Source of the DNA: an uncultured Erysipelotrichaceae bacterium
GTDB taxonomy: Bacteria > Bacillota_I > Bacilli_A > RFN20 > CAG-826
Direction: 5' to 3'
Length of the DNA: 64,000 nt
Assembly (NCBI GenBank): GCA_902777015.1
Contig: CACYSA010000003.1
Coordinates: 13,471 to 77,470, forward strand
Shown here: positions 31,159 to 42,545 of the stretch, in pieces
How the letters are laid out: each line of letters begins with the position of its first letter
Numbering within the stretch: position 1 is the first letter of the stretch
Program-made: the position numbers and the translations under genes
Notes under the pieces: generated by a model
Told to the model about the DNA's origin: nothing
Seen by the model: only the letters and a program-made list of their open reading frames with translations
Databases searched by the model: none

Positions 31159-32946
31159 ATGCTCTTTGGAAAACACGTTAACCGTTATTATCTAAAATAT
31201 TTATGGCTATTCATCTTCGGGATAGCCGCTTTAATCGCGGTTGATTATATCCAATTATTTATTCCTAAATATTTAGGTGAAGTTGTCGATATCTTACAAA
31301 CTGGTGGTGACACTAATCGTATATTCACATTAGGTTTTTACGTTTTAGCGGTCGCTGGTGGAATGTTCTTAGGTAGATTTTTATGGCGTGTCACTTTATT
31401 TAACGCTGCTTTCCGTATTGAAGCGGATATGCGTCATAAGATGTTTTTAAAAGCGGAAGCTCTTCCAAGACAATATTATCATGATAATAAAGTCGGTAGT
31501 GTCATGAGCTGGTTCACTAATGACTTAGAAACAATTAGTGATTATTTTGGCTGGGGCACAGTGATGATTATCGATTCACTTTTCCTATCAGTTATTACCG
31601 TTATCGAAATGATTAGACTTGACTTTGTCATGTCTATTATCTGTTTCTTACCTGTCATATTAATTATCATTTGGGGCGCGATTACTGAAAAATATATGGC
31701 CTTAAAATGGGAACAAAGACAGAAAGCTTACGATGAATTATATGATTTCTCGCAAGAGAATTTCACTGGTATCCGTGTTATTAAAGCATTTGTCAAAGAG
31801 ACAAAAGAAATACATGCATTCGCAAAAGTGGCGAAGAAAAACGCTGATGTTAACGTCTCATTTGCTAGATTATCAGTCATCTTTGATGTCGTTATTGAAA
31901 TTATTATTGCTCTGATGCTCGCTATTGTTTTGATCTTTGGTGGTTGGTTTGTCTATTTATTTAACCATGATCAAACATTTATCTTCTTTGGCTATGAAGA
32001 AAAAATAACCGCCTCCAAATTAGTGGAATTTATTGGCTATATGGATATTTTAATTTGGCCAATGATTGCGTTAGGTCAAGTAGTACCAATGCGTTCTAGA
32101 AGCAAAGCTTCTCTAAAGAGAATATCTGCTTTCTTAGATAGTGAAATCACTGTTCATAGTCCTAAAAACGCCATTAAATTAGAAGAAGTTAAAGGTAATA
32201 TTTCTTATCGTAATTTCAGTTTTAAATATCCGACATATGACGCGATTAATTTAAAAAATATTAATCTTGATATCAAAGCGGGTGAATCGGTTGGTGTTGT
32301 TGGTAAAATCGGTAGTGGTAAAACAACATTAGTGAACGTCTTATTAATGCTCTATAACGTTGAACCAGATACTTTATTTATCGATGGGCATGACATCATG
32401 TCTTTAGATATTGATTCATTAAGAGACAATATTGCTTATGTCCCTCAAGATAATTTCCTTTTCTCTGATTCTATCGAACATAATATTAATTTTGGTTTAG
32501 AAAATGGCACAGAAGAAACTGCGAGAATGGGGGCAATATTCGCCGGTGTTGATGATGATGTTAGAGGCTTTAATAAAGGCTATCAAACAATATCTGGAGA
32601 AAGAGGTGTCACTCTTTCTGGTGGTCAAAAACAAAGAATATCAATCGCTAGAGCCTATGTAAGAAACGCTCCTATTTTGATTTTAGATGACTCCGTCAGT
32701 GCGGTAGACACTAAAACAGAAGAAACAATTTTACGCAATATCACTAATGAAAGAAAAGGCAAGACCACTTTAGTGGTGGCCTCACGTATATCAACAGTTA
32801 ATCATTTAGATAAGATTATCGTTTTAAACGATGGTGAAGTCGAAGCTTTTGATTCGCCTAAGAACTTATTAAAGATTTCTCCAACTTATCAAAAGATGGT
32901 TAAACTACAAGAACTTGAAAGTGAAGTGGAAGGAGGTAAAAAGTAA
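31159..32946 (+). CDS. ABC exporter, fused permease/ATPase (heterodimer partner 1)
   Basis: Six-TM N-domain, Walker A GKIGSGKTT, signature LSGGQKQR, Walker B ILILDD. Confidence 0.9.
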   Translation: MLFGKHVNRYYLKYLWLFIFGIAALIAVDYIQLFIPKYLGEVVDILQTGGDTNRIFTLGFYVLAVAGGMFLGRFLWRVTLFNAAFRIEADMRHKMFLKAEALPRQYYHDNKVGSVMSWFTNDLETISDYFGWGTVMIIDSLFLSVITVIEMIRLDFVMSIICFLPVILIIIWGAITEKYMALKWEQRQKAYDELYDFSQENFTGIRVIKAFVKETKEIHAFAKVAKKNADVNVSFARLSVIFDVVIEIIIALMLAIVLIFGGWFVYLFNHDQTFIFFGYEEKITASKLVEFIGYMDILIWPMIALGQVVPMRSRSKASLKRISAFLDSEITVHSPKNAIKLEEVKGNISYRNFSFKYPTYDAINLKNINLDIKAGESVGVVGKIGSGKTTLVNVLLMLYNVEPDTLFIDGHDIMSLDIDSLRDNIAYVPQDNFLFSDSIEHNINFGLENGTEETARMGAIFAGVDDDVRGFNKGYQTISGERGVTLSGGQKQRISIARAYVRNAPILILDDSVSAVDTKTEETILRNITNERKGKTTLVVASRISTVNHLDKIIVLNDGEVEAFDSPKNLLKISPTYQKMVKLQELESEVEGGKK

Positions 32947-34709
32947 TGTCAGACGATAATGAAAAGCTTTTTGGTGACAAGAAAATTCCTTCCAATGTCA
33001 TGTTTAAGCGTATTGCTCACTACGTGATTCCTGAATGGAAGTCATTTACTTTTGCTTTCTTATTAATCTTAATCAATGTTGGTTTAGATATTATTCTTCC
33101 TTTATTTATTTCTAAATTCACCGACGCTGTCGCTGACTTTAATACGCCTTTAGCCTATATTTTAGGTTTATCTTTTGGTTGGCTTGGCGTTTCCATTTGT
33201 TCACAAATATTAATCTATTTTGAAAGTATGATCTTACAAAAGACTGGTCAAAGAATCGTCTATAAATTAAGAATGGAAGTCTTTGAACATATTGAGCATA
33301 TGTCACAAAATCAGTTCAATACAATGCCTGTTGGATCATTAGTGACACGTGTTGCTAATTACACGACATCGATGAGTGATTTATTCACTAACGTCTTAGT
33401 TATGTTACTACGTAACATTTTGACTATCATTGGTGTTTATATCATCATGTTCATCTTGTCTTGGAAATTGTCTTTAGTCTTATTAGCCTTTGTTCTAGTA
33501 GTCTTTATTGTTTCCATGATCTTTAGAGTGGTGGTCACAAAATTATTTAGACAAGAAAGATCTTACACTTCTGATTTAAATACTTTCTTAAATGAGAATC
33601 TTTCTGGTATGAAGATTATCCAAATCTTCAATCAACAAAAGCGTAAAGAAGATGAATTCAATGTTAAAAATAAACAATTAAGAAACACTAAATTCAAAGT
33701 CTTAATGGCCTTTGCTTTATATCGTCCGTTTATTACATTTGTTTATTTTAGCGCTTTAGCGGTCACATTCTTTGTGGGCGTTAAACTTAACTTAGGAGCG
33801 GGTGAAATAGTGGCCTTCTATCTCTATTTGAGTAGATTCTTTAACCCTGTACAAAATATCGCTGATCAAATTAATCAAATTCAAAAAGCGACGACAAGTA
33901 GTGAACGTTTATTTAACCTTCTTGATGTTCCTCCAGAAGTCGTTGATAAAGAAAATCCAATCGTTATGGACCACTTTGAAGGGCGCATCGAATTCAAAAA
34001 TGTTTGGTTTGCTTATGAATCAGATGAATGGATATTAAGAGACGTTTCCTTTACTATCGAACCACGTCAAACAGTGGCCTTTGTGGGCGCTACTGGGGCG
34101 GGCAAAACAACAATTCTATCTCTGATAGTGAGAAATTATTCCATTCAAAAAGGTCAAATTCTTTTAGATGGCGTGGATATTAACGACATCGAGATTCATT
34201 CATTAAGAAAAGCGGTTGGTCAAATGCTTCAAGACGTTTTCCTTTTCTCTGATACGATTAGAAATAATATTACCCTTCATGATGAAGAATATAGTGATGA
34301 AGAAATTAATAAAGTCTGTCAATATGTGAACGCTGATAGCTTCATAAATAAATTAGAACAAGGTTTAGATACACCTGTTTTAGAAAAAGGTGATAATTTC
34401 TCCCAAGGTCAAAGACAATTATTATCTTTCGCTAGAACTGTTTTACATAAACCACAAATACTGATTCTTGATGAAGCGACCGCCAATATCGATACAGAAA
34501 CAGAAAAATTAATCCAAGACTCTTTAGAAAAGATTAAAAATATCGGGACGATGCTCGTCGTCGCTCATAGATTATCAACCATTCAAAACGCTGATCAAAT
34601 TATTGTTTTAAATCATGGTGAGGTCATTGAAAAAGGTACACACCAAAGCCTTTTAAAACAAAAAGGCTACTATCATAAGCTCTACCTCTTGCAGTTTAAA
34701 AACGACTAA
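32946..34709 (+). CDS. ABC exporter, fused permease/ATPase (heterodimer partner 2)
   Basis: Six-TM N-domain, Walker A GATGAGKTT, signature FSQGQRQL, Walker B ILILDE. The start overlaps the partner's stop (ATGTAA context). Confidence 0.9.
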   Translation: MSDDNEKLFGDKKIPSNVMFKRIAHYVIPEWKSFTFAFLLILINVGLDIILPLFISKFTDAVADFNTPLAYILGLSFGWLGVSICSQILIYFESMILQKTGQRIVYKLRMEVFEHIEHMSQNQFNTMPVGSLVTRVANYTTSMSDLFTNVLVMLLRNILTIIGVYIIMFILSWKLSLVLLAFVLVVFIVSMIFRVVVTKLFRQERSYTSDLNTFLNENLSGMKIIQIFNQQKRKEDEFNVKNKQLRNTKFKVLMAFALYRPFITFVYFSALAVTFFVGVKLNLGAGEIVAFYLYLSRFFNPVQNIADQINQIQKATTSSERLFNLLDVPPEVVDKENPIVMDHFEGRIEFKNVWFAYESDEWILRDVSFTIEPRQTVAFVGATGAGKTTILSLIVRNYSIQKGQILLDGVDINDIEIHSLRKAVGQMLQDVFLFSDTIRNNITLHDEEYSDEEINKVCQYVNADSFINKLEQGLDTPVLEKGDNFSQGQRQLLSFARTVLHKPQILILDEATANIDTETEKLIQDSLEKIKNIGTMLVVAHRLSTIQNADQIIVLNHGEVIEKGTHQSLLKQKGYYHKLYLLQFKND

Positions 34710-34779
34710 TTTTATATTTTTATAATATCTAGTCTTTATTTTCTTTTAAGATTAAAGAAAATGTTTTAAGATATAGGGT

Positions 34780-36993
34780 ATGGAAAATAATAAGGCTCCC
34801 GTTAATGGTGGTTATCCACTTCATACATTTCAAGAAGTTGAAGACATCTACATGCTTTATATTTCTTCTAAAGAAGATAGAGCGAGAATTGAAGATGCCT
34901 ATCATTTTATTTTGGAAAAGCATGAAGGCCAAACTAGAAAATCTGGTGAACCTTATTACCATCATTTAATTGAAGTTGCTTATATCTTAGCCTCCCTGCA
35001 ATCTGGCCCTAACACAATTATCGCTGGTTTATTACATGACGTTGTGGAAGACACTGATGTCACTGTAGAAGATATCAAAAAGAGATGGGGCGAAGAAGTC
35101 AGCCGCATCGTTGACGCTTTAACAAAGATTCAACGTTTAAAACTATCAAAAATCACAAGCGAAGAATTTGAAGCGGAAGATCATCGTAAGATTTTCCTTG
35201 GCATGGCTAAGGATATCCGCGTCATCTTAATCAAACTTGCGGATAGATTACATAACTTAAGAACATTAGGCGCTCTTTCTAGAGAAAGACAAATCGCCAT
35301 TTGTAAAGAAACAATGGAAGTTTTCGCTCCTATCGCTGAACGTCTTGGTTTAGACGTCATTAAGGGCGAGATGGAAGACTTATGTATCTCTTATCTTGAA
35401 CCTGAAAAGTTCGCGGAAATTAAGCGTTTGCTTAGTAAAAAGACTAAAGTTTTACAAAAATCATTAGACGGCTTAAAGAAAAGAATCGCTGATGTCTTAT
35501 TCGAAAAGAAGATTCCATTTGAAATCTCTTCAAGAGTGAAATCTATTAATTCTATATATAGAAAGATGTATGTCAAAGGTCATCCATTTGAAGAAATCTA
35601 CGATATTTTAGCCCTTCGTATCATCACTGAAACCGAAATCCAATGCTATGAAATCTTAGGTTTAATTCATCAGATGTATAAGCCTGTTCCTGGTAGATTT
35701 AAAGACTACATCGCGATGCCAAAACCAAACATGTATCAATCATTGCATACAACAGTTGTCGGTGGGGATGGTAACTTCTACGAAGTGCAAATCAGAACTA
35801 AAGAAATGGATAGCATCGCGGAAACTGGCATTGCTGCCCACTGGGCATATAAAGAAGGGGTTTATAACTCCCAACAAGAACAAAAAGAAATTGAAAATAA
35901 ATTACACTGGTTCAGAGAATTCGTTTCTCTTTCTAGTGAATCAGAAGGCGAAAACGCTTCTGAATATATGGATAACTTAAACCGTGATATTTTCGAATCT
36001 CACGTTTATGTCTTTACCCCTAAAGGTAAAGTTGTCGAACTTCCAAGTGAAAGCACGCCAGTTGACTTTGCTTATCGCGTGCACACTAAGGTGGGTGACC
36101 AATGCGTTGGCGCTCTTGTCAATGGTGTAATGGTCCCATTAAATACCGTTTTAAAAACTGGTGACATGGTGGAAATTAAAACTAATAAGAATTCCCCAGG
36201 ACCAAGTGAAGGCTGGTTAGACTTCGTCGCCTCCTCTAACGCTAAATCAGCGATTAGAAAATATATCGCTAAAAAGAATGCGGAAATCATGAGGGAAGAT
36301 AGAATCGCTAAAGGCAAACAAAGCTGCATTGACGCTTTCCATGAACGTGGTGTTGAAGAATCGGAAATGATGAAATTGTTAGATACTGACAAAGTTCTAA
36401 GTCATTATAACGTGCCAGATGTTGATTCATTATTTGTTGCTGTATTTGGTAGAAAGCCAACTGCGAACGCTTTAATTGATTTCCTTCATATTAAGCGTCC
36501 AGTTAACCTTACACCTAACCTTATTAAAAGAAGAAACGCTAAAAATGATGGTTGCCCAGTTTACTGTAAAGGCGCTGGTAAGATTGCTATTGGTTTAGCT
36601 AACTGCTGCACACCTGTTCCAGGCGATGATATCGTTGGCTATATCACACGTGGTAAAGGCATCAGTGTTCATAGAAGAAATTGTCCAAACATCGTCAATG
36701 AAACAGAAAGACTTCTTGAAGTTTTCTGGAGAAACGATATTGAATTTGCCACTTATCCAGTCGATATCGCTATTGAAGCTAGCGATAGAAATAACTTATT
36801 GATGGATATCATGGCGATATTGAATAACGCGAAAGTTGGTGTTGACAATTTACATGCGCGTAAAAACGCTCAAAACTTATCTGCGACCATTACCGCGACT
36901 ATTATGGTGAGCGATGCTAAACGCTTACAAGATATTTGTGTTTTATTAAAAGGTATCACCGGTGTCTACCGTGTGGACCGTGTCATTCATTAA
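34780..36993 (+). CDS. relA: bifunctional (p)ppGpp synthetase/hydrolase (RelA/SpoT homologue)
   Basis: HD domain (HLIEVA..LLHDVVEDT), synthetase domain (RFKDYIAMPKPNMYQSLHT), TGS domain (VYVFTPKG) and a C-terminal ACT-like domain. Confidence 0.9.
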   Translation: MENNKAPVNGGYPLHTFQEVEDIYMLYISSKEDRARIEDAYHFILEKHEGQTRKSGEPYYHHLIEVAYILASLQSGPNTIIAGLLHDVVEDTDVTVEDIKKRWGEEVSRIVDALTKIQRLKLSKITSEEFEAEDHRKIFLGMAKDIRVILIKLADRLHNLRTLGALSRERQIAICKETMEVFAPIAERLGLDVIKGEMEDLCISYLEPEKFAEIKRLLSKKTKVLQKSLDGLKKRIADVLFEKKIPFEISSRVKSINSIYRKMYVKGHPFEEIYDILALRIITETEIQCYEILGLIHQMYKPVPGRFKDYIAMPKPNMYQSLHTTVVGGDGNFYEVQIRTKEMDSIAETGIAAHWAYKEGVYNSQQEQKEIENKLHWFREFVSLSSESEGENASEYMDNLNRDIFESHVYVFTPKGKVVELPSESTPVDFAYRVHTKVGDQCVGALVNGVMVPLNTVLKTGDMVEIKTNKNSPGPSEGWLDFVASSNAKSAIRKYIAKKNAEIMREDRIAKGKQSCIDAFHERGVEESEMMKLLDTDKVLSHYNVPDVDSLFVAVFGRKPTANALIDFLHIKRPVNLTPNLIKRRNAKNDGCPVYCKGAGKIAIGLANCCTPVPGDDIVGYITRGKGISVHRRNCPNIVNETERLLEVFWRNDIEFATYPVDIAIEASDRNNLLMDIMAILNNAKVGVDNLHARKNAQNLSATITATIMVSDAKRLQDICVLLKGITGVYRVDRVIH

Positions 36994-37003
36994 GGAGAAA
37001 CTT

Positions 37004-38293
37004 ATGTTAACAAACAATGTTAAAGGTACACACGATATTATTGGTGAAGAAAGTAACGGCTTTGCCTATATCGAAAATTTATTAAGACAAATATGTGAAT
37101 TATTTGCGTATAACGAAGTTAGACCTCCAGTCATCGAACATAGCGAACTATTTGTACGTGGTGTTGGTGAAGGTAGTGACATCGTGAGAAAAGAAATGTA
37201 CACATTCAAAGATAAAGCGGATCGTTCAATCACATTAAGACCAGAATTTACCGCGGGCATCATGAGAATGATTGTCCAAAATAAATTATTAGCCACAAAT
37301 GAACTTCCATATAAGGTTTACTATAATGGTCCTGTTTTCCGTTATGAAAGGCCACAACTTGGTAGATATCGTCAGTTCAACCAATTCGGTGTAGAAGCAG
37401 TTGGTAACAATTCTCCTGAAATCGATGTTGAAGTTATCACCTTAGCCTATACCATTTTAAGTTCTTTGAACTTAGCAAATGTTAAAGTCTTAATTAATAC
37501 ATTAGGCGATGACGATTCTAGAAACGCTTATAAAGACGCTTTAAAAGGCTATTTTGCTAAGCATCTCGATAAGATGTGTCCTGATTGTCATTCACGTTTT
37601 GAATTAAATCCTTTAAGAATCTTAGACTGCAAAGTTCCTGAAGATCAAGAAATCGTTAAAGACGCTCCTAAGATGAAAGATTATCTTAGCGACGCCGCTA
37701 AAAGTAGATTCTCCAAAGTCTTAGAACTTTTAGATGCTTTAGATATCCCTTACGAAGTAGATGATACTTTAGTCAGAGGCCTAGACTATTACGCTGAAAC
37801 AGTTTTTGAATTCCATTATGTTAGTAAAACTGGTAACGACTATGGCGCAATTGGCGCAGGTGGTCACTATGACAAATTAGTCAAAGAATTAGGTGGTCCA
37901 GATGCCGCTGGTGTCGGATTCTCCTTTGGAGTTGAAAGACTTTATAGTGTTCTTAAAGATGATGATTTATTCCCACGTTGCATCAATACACCAGTGGAAG
38001 TTTATATTATGCCATTAGGCGAAAAAGCCAAAGTTATGGCCGCTCAAGTCGCTAGTGAACTCCGTTTAAGTGCTTATCGCACAGATGTCTGCTTTGAAGA
38101 TGTTAAACTCGGTAACATGTTCAAGCGCGCGGAAAGAAAAGGCGCTAAAGTGGCGGTCATTATTGGTGAAGACGAAGTTGCTAAAGAAGAAGTCGTCATT
38201 AAAAACTTAGCTACAACGGAACAAAAGAGTTGTCCGTTAGATAAATTAATTGAAACCATTTCCGAAGAGATTGGAAATGAAGTTTGTGAATAG
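37004..38293 (+). CDS. hisS: histidine--tRNA ligase
   Basis: Class II motifs (RYERPQLGRYRQFNQFGVE and GGGHYD-type AGGHYD). ATG 37004 follows AAGGAGA, so the track start at 36962 inside relA is rejected. Confidence 0.95.
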   Translation: MLTNNVKGTHDIIGEESNGFAYIENLLRQICELFAYNEVRPPVIEHSELFVRGVGEGSDIVRKEMYTFKDKADRSITLRPEFTAGIMRMIVQNKLLATNELPYKVYYNGPVFRYERPQLGRYRQFNQFGVEAVGNNSPEIDVEVITLAYTILSSLNLANVKVLINTLGDDDSRNAYKDALKGYFAKHLDKMCPDCHSRFELNPLRILDCKVPEDQEIVKDAPKMKDYLSDAAKSRFSKVLELLDALDIPYEVDDTLVRGLDYYAETVFEFHYVSKTGNDYGAIGAGGHYDKLVKELGGPDAAGVGFSFGVERLYSVLKDDDLFPRCINTPVEVYIMPLGEKAKVMAAQVASELRLSAYRTDVCFEDVKLGNMFKRAERKGAKVAVIIGEDEVAKEEVVIKNLATTEQKSCPLDKLIETISEEIGNEVCE

Positions 38294-38316
38294 AATTCAC
38301 AAGGTAGGTATTATTT

Positions 38317-40035
38317 ATGGAAAGAAGTCATTACAGCAATGAACTAGGCCTTAATAATGTCGGTGAGAAAGTCTCATTATTAGGCTGGGTCAGCAAAAGA
38401 AGAAACCTCGGTTCCTTATTATTTATCGATTTAAGAGACCGATATGGTTTAATCCAAATCGTTGTTAACGATGGAGTGGAAATTCCAGATGTTAGAAACG
38501 AATACGTCATCCAAGTGAAAGGTGAAGTCGCTAAAAGAGCAGTGGCTAATCCTAAACTTAAAAGTGGTGAAATCGAAGTTATCGCTAGTGAAATTATTGT
38601 TTTAAACACAGCGAAAACTACACCAATTATCGTCGCTGACGATACTGATGCGTTAGAAGACACAAGACTTAAATATCGTTATCTCGATTTACGTCGTCCT
38701 TGCATGAAGAAATATTTTGATGTGAGAGACACAATCAAGATGACTACACATAGCTTCATGCACCGTCACAATTTCATAGAAATTGAAACACCAATGTTAT
38801 GCGCATCATCACCAGAAGGTGCGAAAGAATATTTGGTGCCGTCCCGTGTGCATAAAGGTCAATTCTACGCTCTTCCTCAAAGCCCACAAATGTTCAAGCA
38901 ATTATTAATGGTTGCGGGTTTTGAAAGATATTATCAAATTGCTAGATGCTTTAGAGATGAAGACTTAAGAGCGGACAGGCAACCAGATTTCACACAAATA
39001 GATATTGAAACTTCTTTCTTAGATCAACAACAATTCTTAACTTTAATGGAAGAACTCATTAAAGATATCTTTAAAGCCACAGTGGGCTATGATGTTCCAT
39101 TACCATTAAGACAAATGACTTATAAAGAAGCCATGGATCGTTTTGGTAGCGATAAACCAGATACGAGATTTGGTATTGAATTAAATAATATCAAAGATAT
39201 ATTTAAAAATACGACATTCTCCGGTTATCAAAGCGCTGAAGCCATTAAAGCCATTGTCGTTAATGATGTTGCTGATAAGACATCAAGAAAAGTTATTGAC
39301 TCCTTAACTCTTGAAGCTAAGAAGTACGGTTTAGGCGGTTTAACAGTCCTTAAAAAGGAAAACGGGGAATTAACTGGTTCCTTCGTTAAATTCCTTTTAG
39401 AAGAGGAAATTAAGGCCTTAAACGAAAGATTAGCGCTTAAAGATAATGACATAATAATCATCGCCGCAGGCAATGATAATCGTGTTACTCCTTTATTAGG
39501 CGCGTTAAGATTAAGATACGGCCGTGAACTTGGTCTCGTCAAAGAAGGAACATATGACTTATTATGGGTCATTGACTTCCCAATGTTTGAAAGAGATGTG
39601 GAAAGTGGGGCAATTGTTGCTACTCACCATCCTTTCACCCGTCCTAGAGATGAAGATGTCAAATACTTAGACACCGATCCAACCAAAGTCTTAAGCTATG
39701 CTTACGATATCGTTATTAACGGTTATGAAGCTGGTGGTGGTACCTTACGTATCTTCAACCAAGATATGCAAAGAAAGATCTTTGAAGTCTTAGGTCTTAA
39801 AGATGAAGAAATCAAAGAGAGATTTGGTTACTTCGTTGACGCTCTTCAATATGGCACACCTCCACACGCTGGTATGGCCTTCGGTCTTGATAGACTCGCG
39901 ATGATTTTAGGTGGTACAGATAACATTAGAGACGTTATCGCCTTCCCTAAGAATCTTGCCGCAGTTGACCCAATGACCAACGCGCCAACTAACGTTACTC
40001 AAGCGCAACTTGATGAATTAGGTATCAAGTTTTAA
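38317..40035 (+). CDS. aspS: aspartate--tRNA ligase
   Basis: OB anticodon domain, QSPQMFKQLLM, FRDEDLRADRQPDFTQID, and C-terminal GLDRLAM. Confidence 0.95.
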   Translation: MERSHYSNELGLNNVGEKVSLLGWVSKRRNLGSLLFIDLRDRYGLIQIVVNDGVEIPDVRNEYVIQVKGEVAKRAVANPKLKSGEIEVIASEIIVLNTAKTTPIIVADDTDALEDTRLKYRYLDLRRPCMKKYFDVRDTIKMTTHSFMHRHNFIEIETPMLCASSPEGAKEYLVPSRVHKGQFYALPQSPQMFKQLLMVAGFERYYQIARCFRDEDLRADRQPDFTQIDIETSFLDQQQFLTLMEELIKDIFKATVGYDVPLPLRQMTYKEAMDRFGSDKPDTRFGIELNNIKDIFKNTTFSGYQSAEAIKAIVVNDVADKTSRKVIDSLTLEAKKYGLGGLTVLKKENGELTGSFVKFLLEEEIKALNERLALKDNDIIIIAAGNDNRVTPLLGALRLRYGRELGLVKEGTYDLLWVIDFPMFERDVESGAIVATHHPFTRPRDEDVKYLDTDPTKVLSYAYDIVINGYEAGGGTLRIFNQDMQRKIFEVLGLKDEEIKERFGYFVDALQYGTPPHAGMAFGLDRLAMILGGTDNIRDVIAFPKNLAAVDPMTNAPTNVTQAQLDELGIKF

Positions 40036-40107
40036 CAATTGGTTATAACATAGTTATACAAAAACTATTTAACTACTAAATAATTACTACTCAGAAAGGG
40101 AATTATC

Positions 40108-42078
40108 ATGAACAAAAATGATCAATTAGCAATCGCAACAATTCGTTCCTTATGCATTGACACAATCAACAAAGCCAACTCTGGTCATCCAGGTATGGCT
40201 TTAGGCAGCGCACCTGCTCTTTACACATTATTCACAAGACATTTAGTGGCCACTCCAAAAGATAGCAAATGGTTCAATAGAGACCGTTTCGTTCTTTCCG
40301 CCGGTCACGCTAGTGCGCTTTTATACACAACGCTTCATTTAAGTGGATATAAGATTTCCATGGACGATATGAAGCAATTCCGTCAAATTGACTCCTTAAC
40401 ACCAGGTCACCCAGAATATGGCTGGACTGATGGCGTGGATGCCACAAGCGGTCCTTTAGGACAAGGCATCTCCCAAGCCGTTGGTATGGCGATGGCGGAA
40501 CAAATGGTCAATAAGCTTTATAGCTTTGGCGATGATGTTTGTAATCACTACACATACGCTTTATGCGGTGATGGCTGCTTACAGGAAGGTATCTCTCAAG
40601 AAGCTATTTCCTTAGCGGGCCACTTAAAACTCAATAAATTCATCCTTTTATATGACGCTAACCAAGTGACACTTGATGGTGCTCTTGATTTATCTTTCTC
40701 AGAACAAGTTAAAGCAAGATTCTTAGCAAGTGAATGGGATGTCTTAGAAGTCGCCGATGGTAACGATGTCGATGCTATTGATGCTGCTATTAGCAAAGCT
40801 AAAAAGAGCAAAGACAAACCGACAATGATTATGATTCATACCGTTATCGGTTATGGTTCTGCTAAACAAGGCACAAATAAAGTGCATGGTAACCCACTAG
40901 GCGCAGAAGATGGTAAAGCCGCTAAATTATCATATGGTTTCGACCATGAAGACTTCTATGTCCCAGAAGAAGTTTATGATTTATTCAAAAACACCTTTGG
41001 TGCTCGTGGTGAAAAAGCTTTAGAAGCTTATAACAAGAAATTAGAAGCCTTAAAAGCTGATAAGAAAACAAAAGATGAATATGATCGCTTCATTTCCTTA
41101 AACGGCGTTGATGTTGATAAATATTTACCAGGTGTTTATCCAGACTTCCAAGAAGGCAGCGCTAAATCAACACGTGTGGCCTCTGGTCAAGCATTAAATT
41201 ATTTAATGCTCTCTATGCCAAACCTCTATGGTGGTTCCGCTGACGTTGCTGGCTCTGTTATGACTAAACTTGATAATGGTGCTAACTTCGATGCCAATAA
41301 TAGAGGTGGACATAACATCAACTGGGGTATTCGTGAATTTGCGATGGCCAGTGCTCAAAATGGTATGTTATTACATGGTGGTGTCCGTTCCTATGTTGGT
41401 GCGTTCTTTGTCTTCTCTGATTATATGAAACCAGCCATTAGAATGGCTTGTTTGAGTCATGTTCCTGCTATCTATTTATTATCTCACGATAGTATCGCCG
41501 TAGGCGAAGATGGTCCAACACACCAACCAATCGAACAATTAGCAATGTTACGTTCTATTCCAAATATGGACGTCATTAGACCAGCCGATGAAAGAGAAAC
41601 TTATGGTGCTTGGTTTGCCGCTTTACAAAGTAAGAATCATCCAACCGCCATCATTCTCTCTCGTCAAAACTTACCATTATTAAAAGAATCAGATGGTGAG
41701 GCTCTTAAGAAAGGTGCCTACGTTGTTTCTAAAGAACAAAAGAAAGCCGATTTCGTTTTAATCGCTACAGGTAGTGAAGTCTCTTTAGCGGTTTCCGCTC
41801 AAGCATTATTACTTGAAAAAGGCATTGATGTGAGAGTCGTCTCTATGCCGTGCTGGTCATATTTTGAAAAGCAAGATGAAGCATACAAAAACGAAGTCAT
41901 CAACCTTCCAAGAGAAAAATGTGTCTCTATTGAAATGCTTTCAACCTTTGGTTGGGCTAAATACGCCGCCACAAACATTGGCTTAGATCAATTCGGTGCA
42001 AGTGCGCCTGCAAAAGATGTCTTCAAGAAATTCAACTTCACTCCAGAATATGTTGCTAGTGTCGTTGAAAAACTCTAA
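40108..42078 (+). CDS. tkt: transketolase
   Basis: SGHPGMALG, GDGCLQEG (ThDP motif), HDSIAVGEDGPTHQPIE. 656 aa. Confidence 0.95.
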   Translation: MNKNDQLAIATIRSLCIDTINKANSGHPGMALGSAPALYTLFTRHLVATPKDSKWFNRDRFVLSAGHASALLYTTLHLSGYKISMDDMKQFRQIDSLTPGHPEYGWTDGVDATSGPLGQGISQAVGMAMAEQMVNKLYSFGDDVCNHYTYALCGDGCLQEGISQEAISLAGHLKLNKFILLYDANQVTLDGALDLSFSEQVKARFLASEWDVLEVADGNDVDAIDAAISKAKKSKDKPTMIMIHTVIGYGSAKQGTNKVHGNPLGAEDGKAAKLSYGFDHEDFYVPEEVYDLFKNTFGARGEKALEAYNKKLEALKADKKTKDEYDRFISLNGVDVDKYLPGVYPDFQEGSAKSTRVASGQALNYLMLSMPNLYGGSADVAGSVMTKLDNGANFDANNRGGHNINWGIREFAMASAQNGMLLHGGVRSYVGAFFVFSDYMKPAIRMACLSHVPAIYLLSHDSIAVGEDGPTHQPIEQLAMLRSIPNMDVIRPADERETYGAWFAALQSKNHPTAIILSRQNLPLLKESDGEALKKGAYVVSKEQKKADFVLIATGSEVSLAVSAQALLLEKGIDVRVVSMPCWSYFEKQDEAYKNEVINLPREKCVSIEMLSTFGWAKYAATNIGLDQFGASAPAKDVFKKFNFTPEYVASVVEKL

Positions 42079-42104
42079 TCTAGACTAATAAAACACAAAC
42101 ATAG

Positions 42105-42135
42105 AGAAGTGGAGAAATCCACTTTTCTTTTATTT
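42105..42135 (+). terminator. Rho-independent terminator after tkt
   Basis: AGAAGTGGA pairs with TCCACTTTT (loop GAAA), followed by a T-rich tail. Confidence 0.6.
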
Positions 42136-42184
42136 ACCTTTGCTAAACGAATATATTTAAGATATATTATTAGTAGGTAATATT

Positions 42185-42526
42185 ATGGCAGACTACGTCT
42201 ATATTGAAAATTATTCTAAAAAAGGCAAAATTGCTATCTCATTAAACGTCTTCGACGCCTTAGTGACTAATGCTTTAGCGAATGTTTCTGGTATCTCTAT
42301 GAGTAGCGCTCATATGAAGAAGAATCAAAAGATTCGTTTAAATAGACCAGTACAAACAACGATTAGACGTGGTATCGTCCATGTTTGGGTTGCCGTTGAT
42401 GTCGCTAAAGGCACAAATTTACAAGATGTGACACGCAATATCCAAGATGAAATTGCTAATTCATTCTTAATGGCAACAGAACAAGTACCATTTGACGTTC
42501 AAGTCAAAGTTATATCAATTATTTAA
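42185..42526 (+). CDS. Asp23/Gls24-family envelope-stress protein
   Basis: 113 aa with the family pattern (IAISLNVFDALVTNALANVSGI...VHVWVAVDVAKG). It lies upstream of nusB, as in many Bacillota. Confidence 0.65.
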   Translation: MADYVYIENYSKKGKIAISLNVFDALVTNALANVSGISMSSAHMKKNQKIRLNRPVQTTIRRGIVHVWVAVDVAKGTNLQDVTRNIQDEIANSFLMATEQVPFDVQVKVISII

Positions 42527-42545
42527 TCTAACTAAGTCTTTTTTT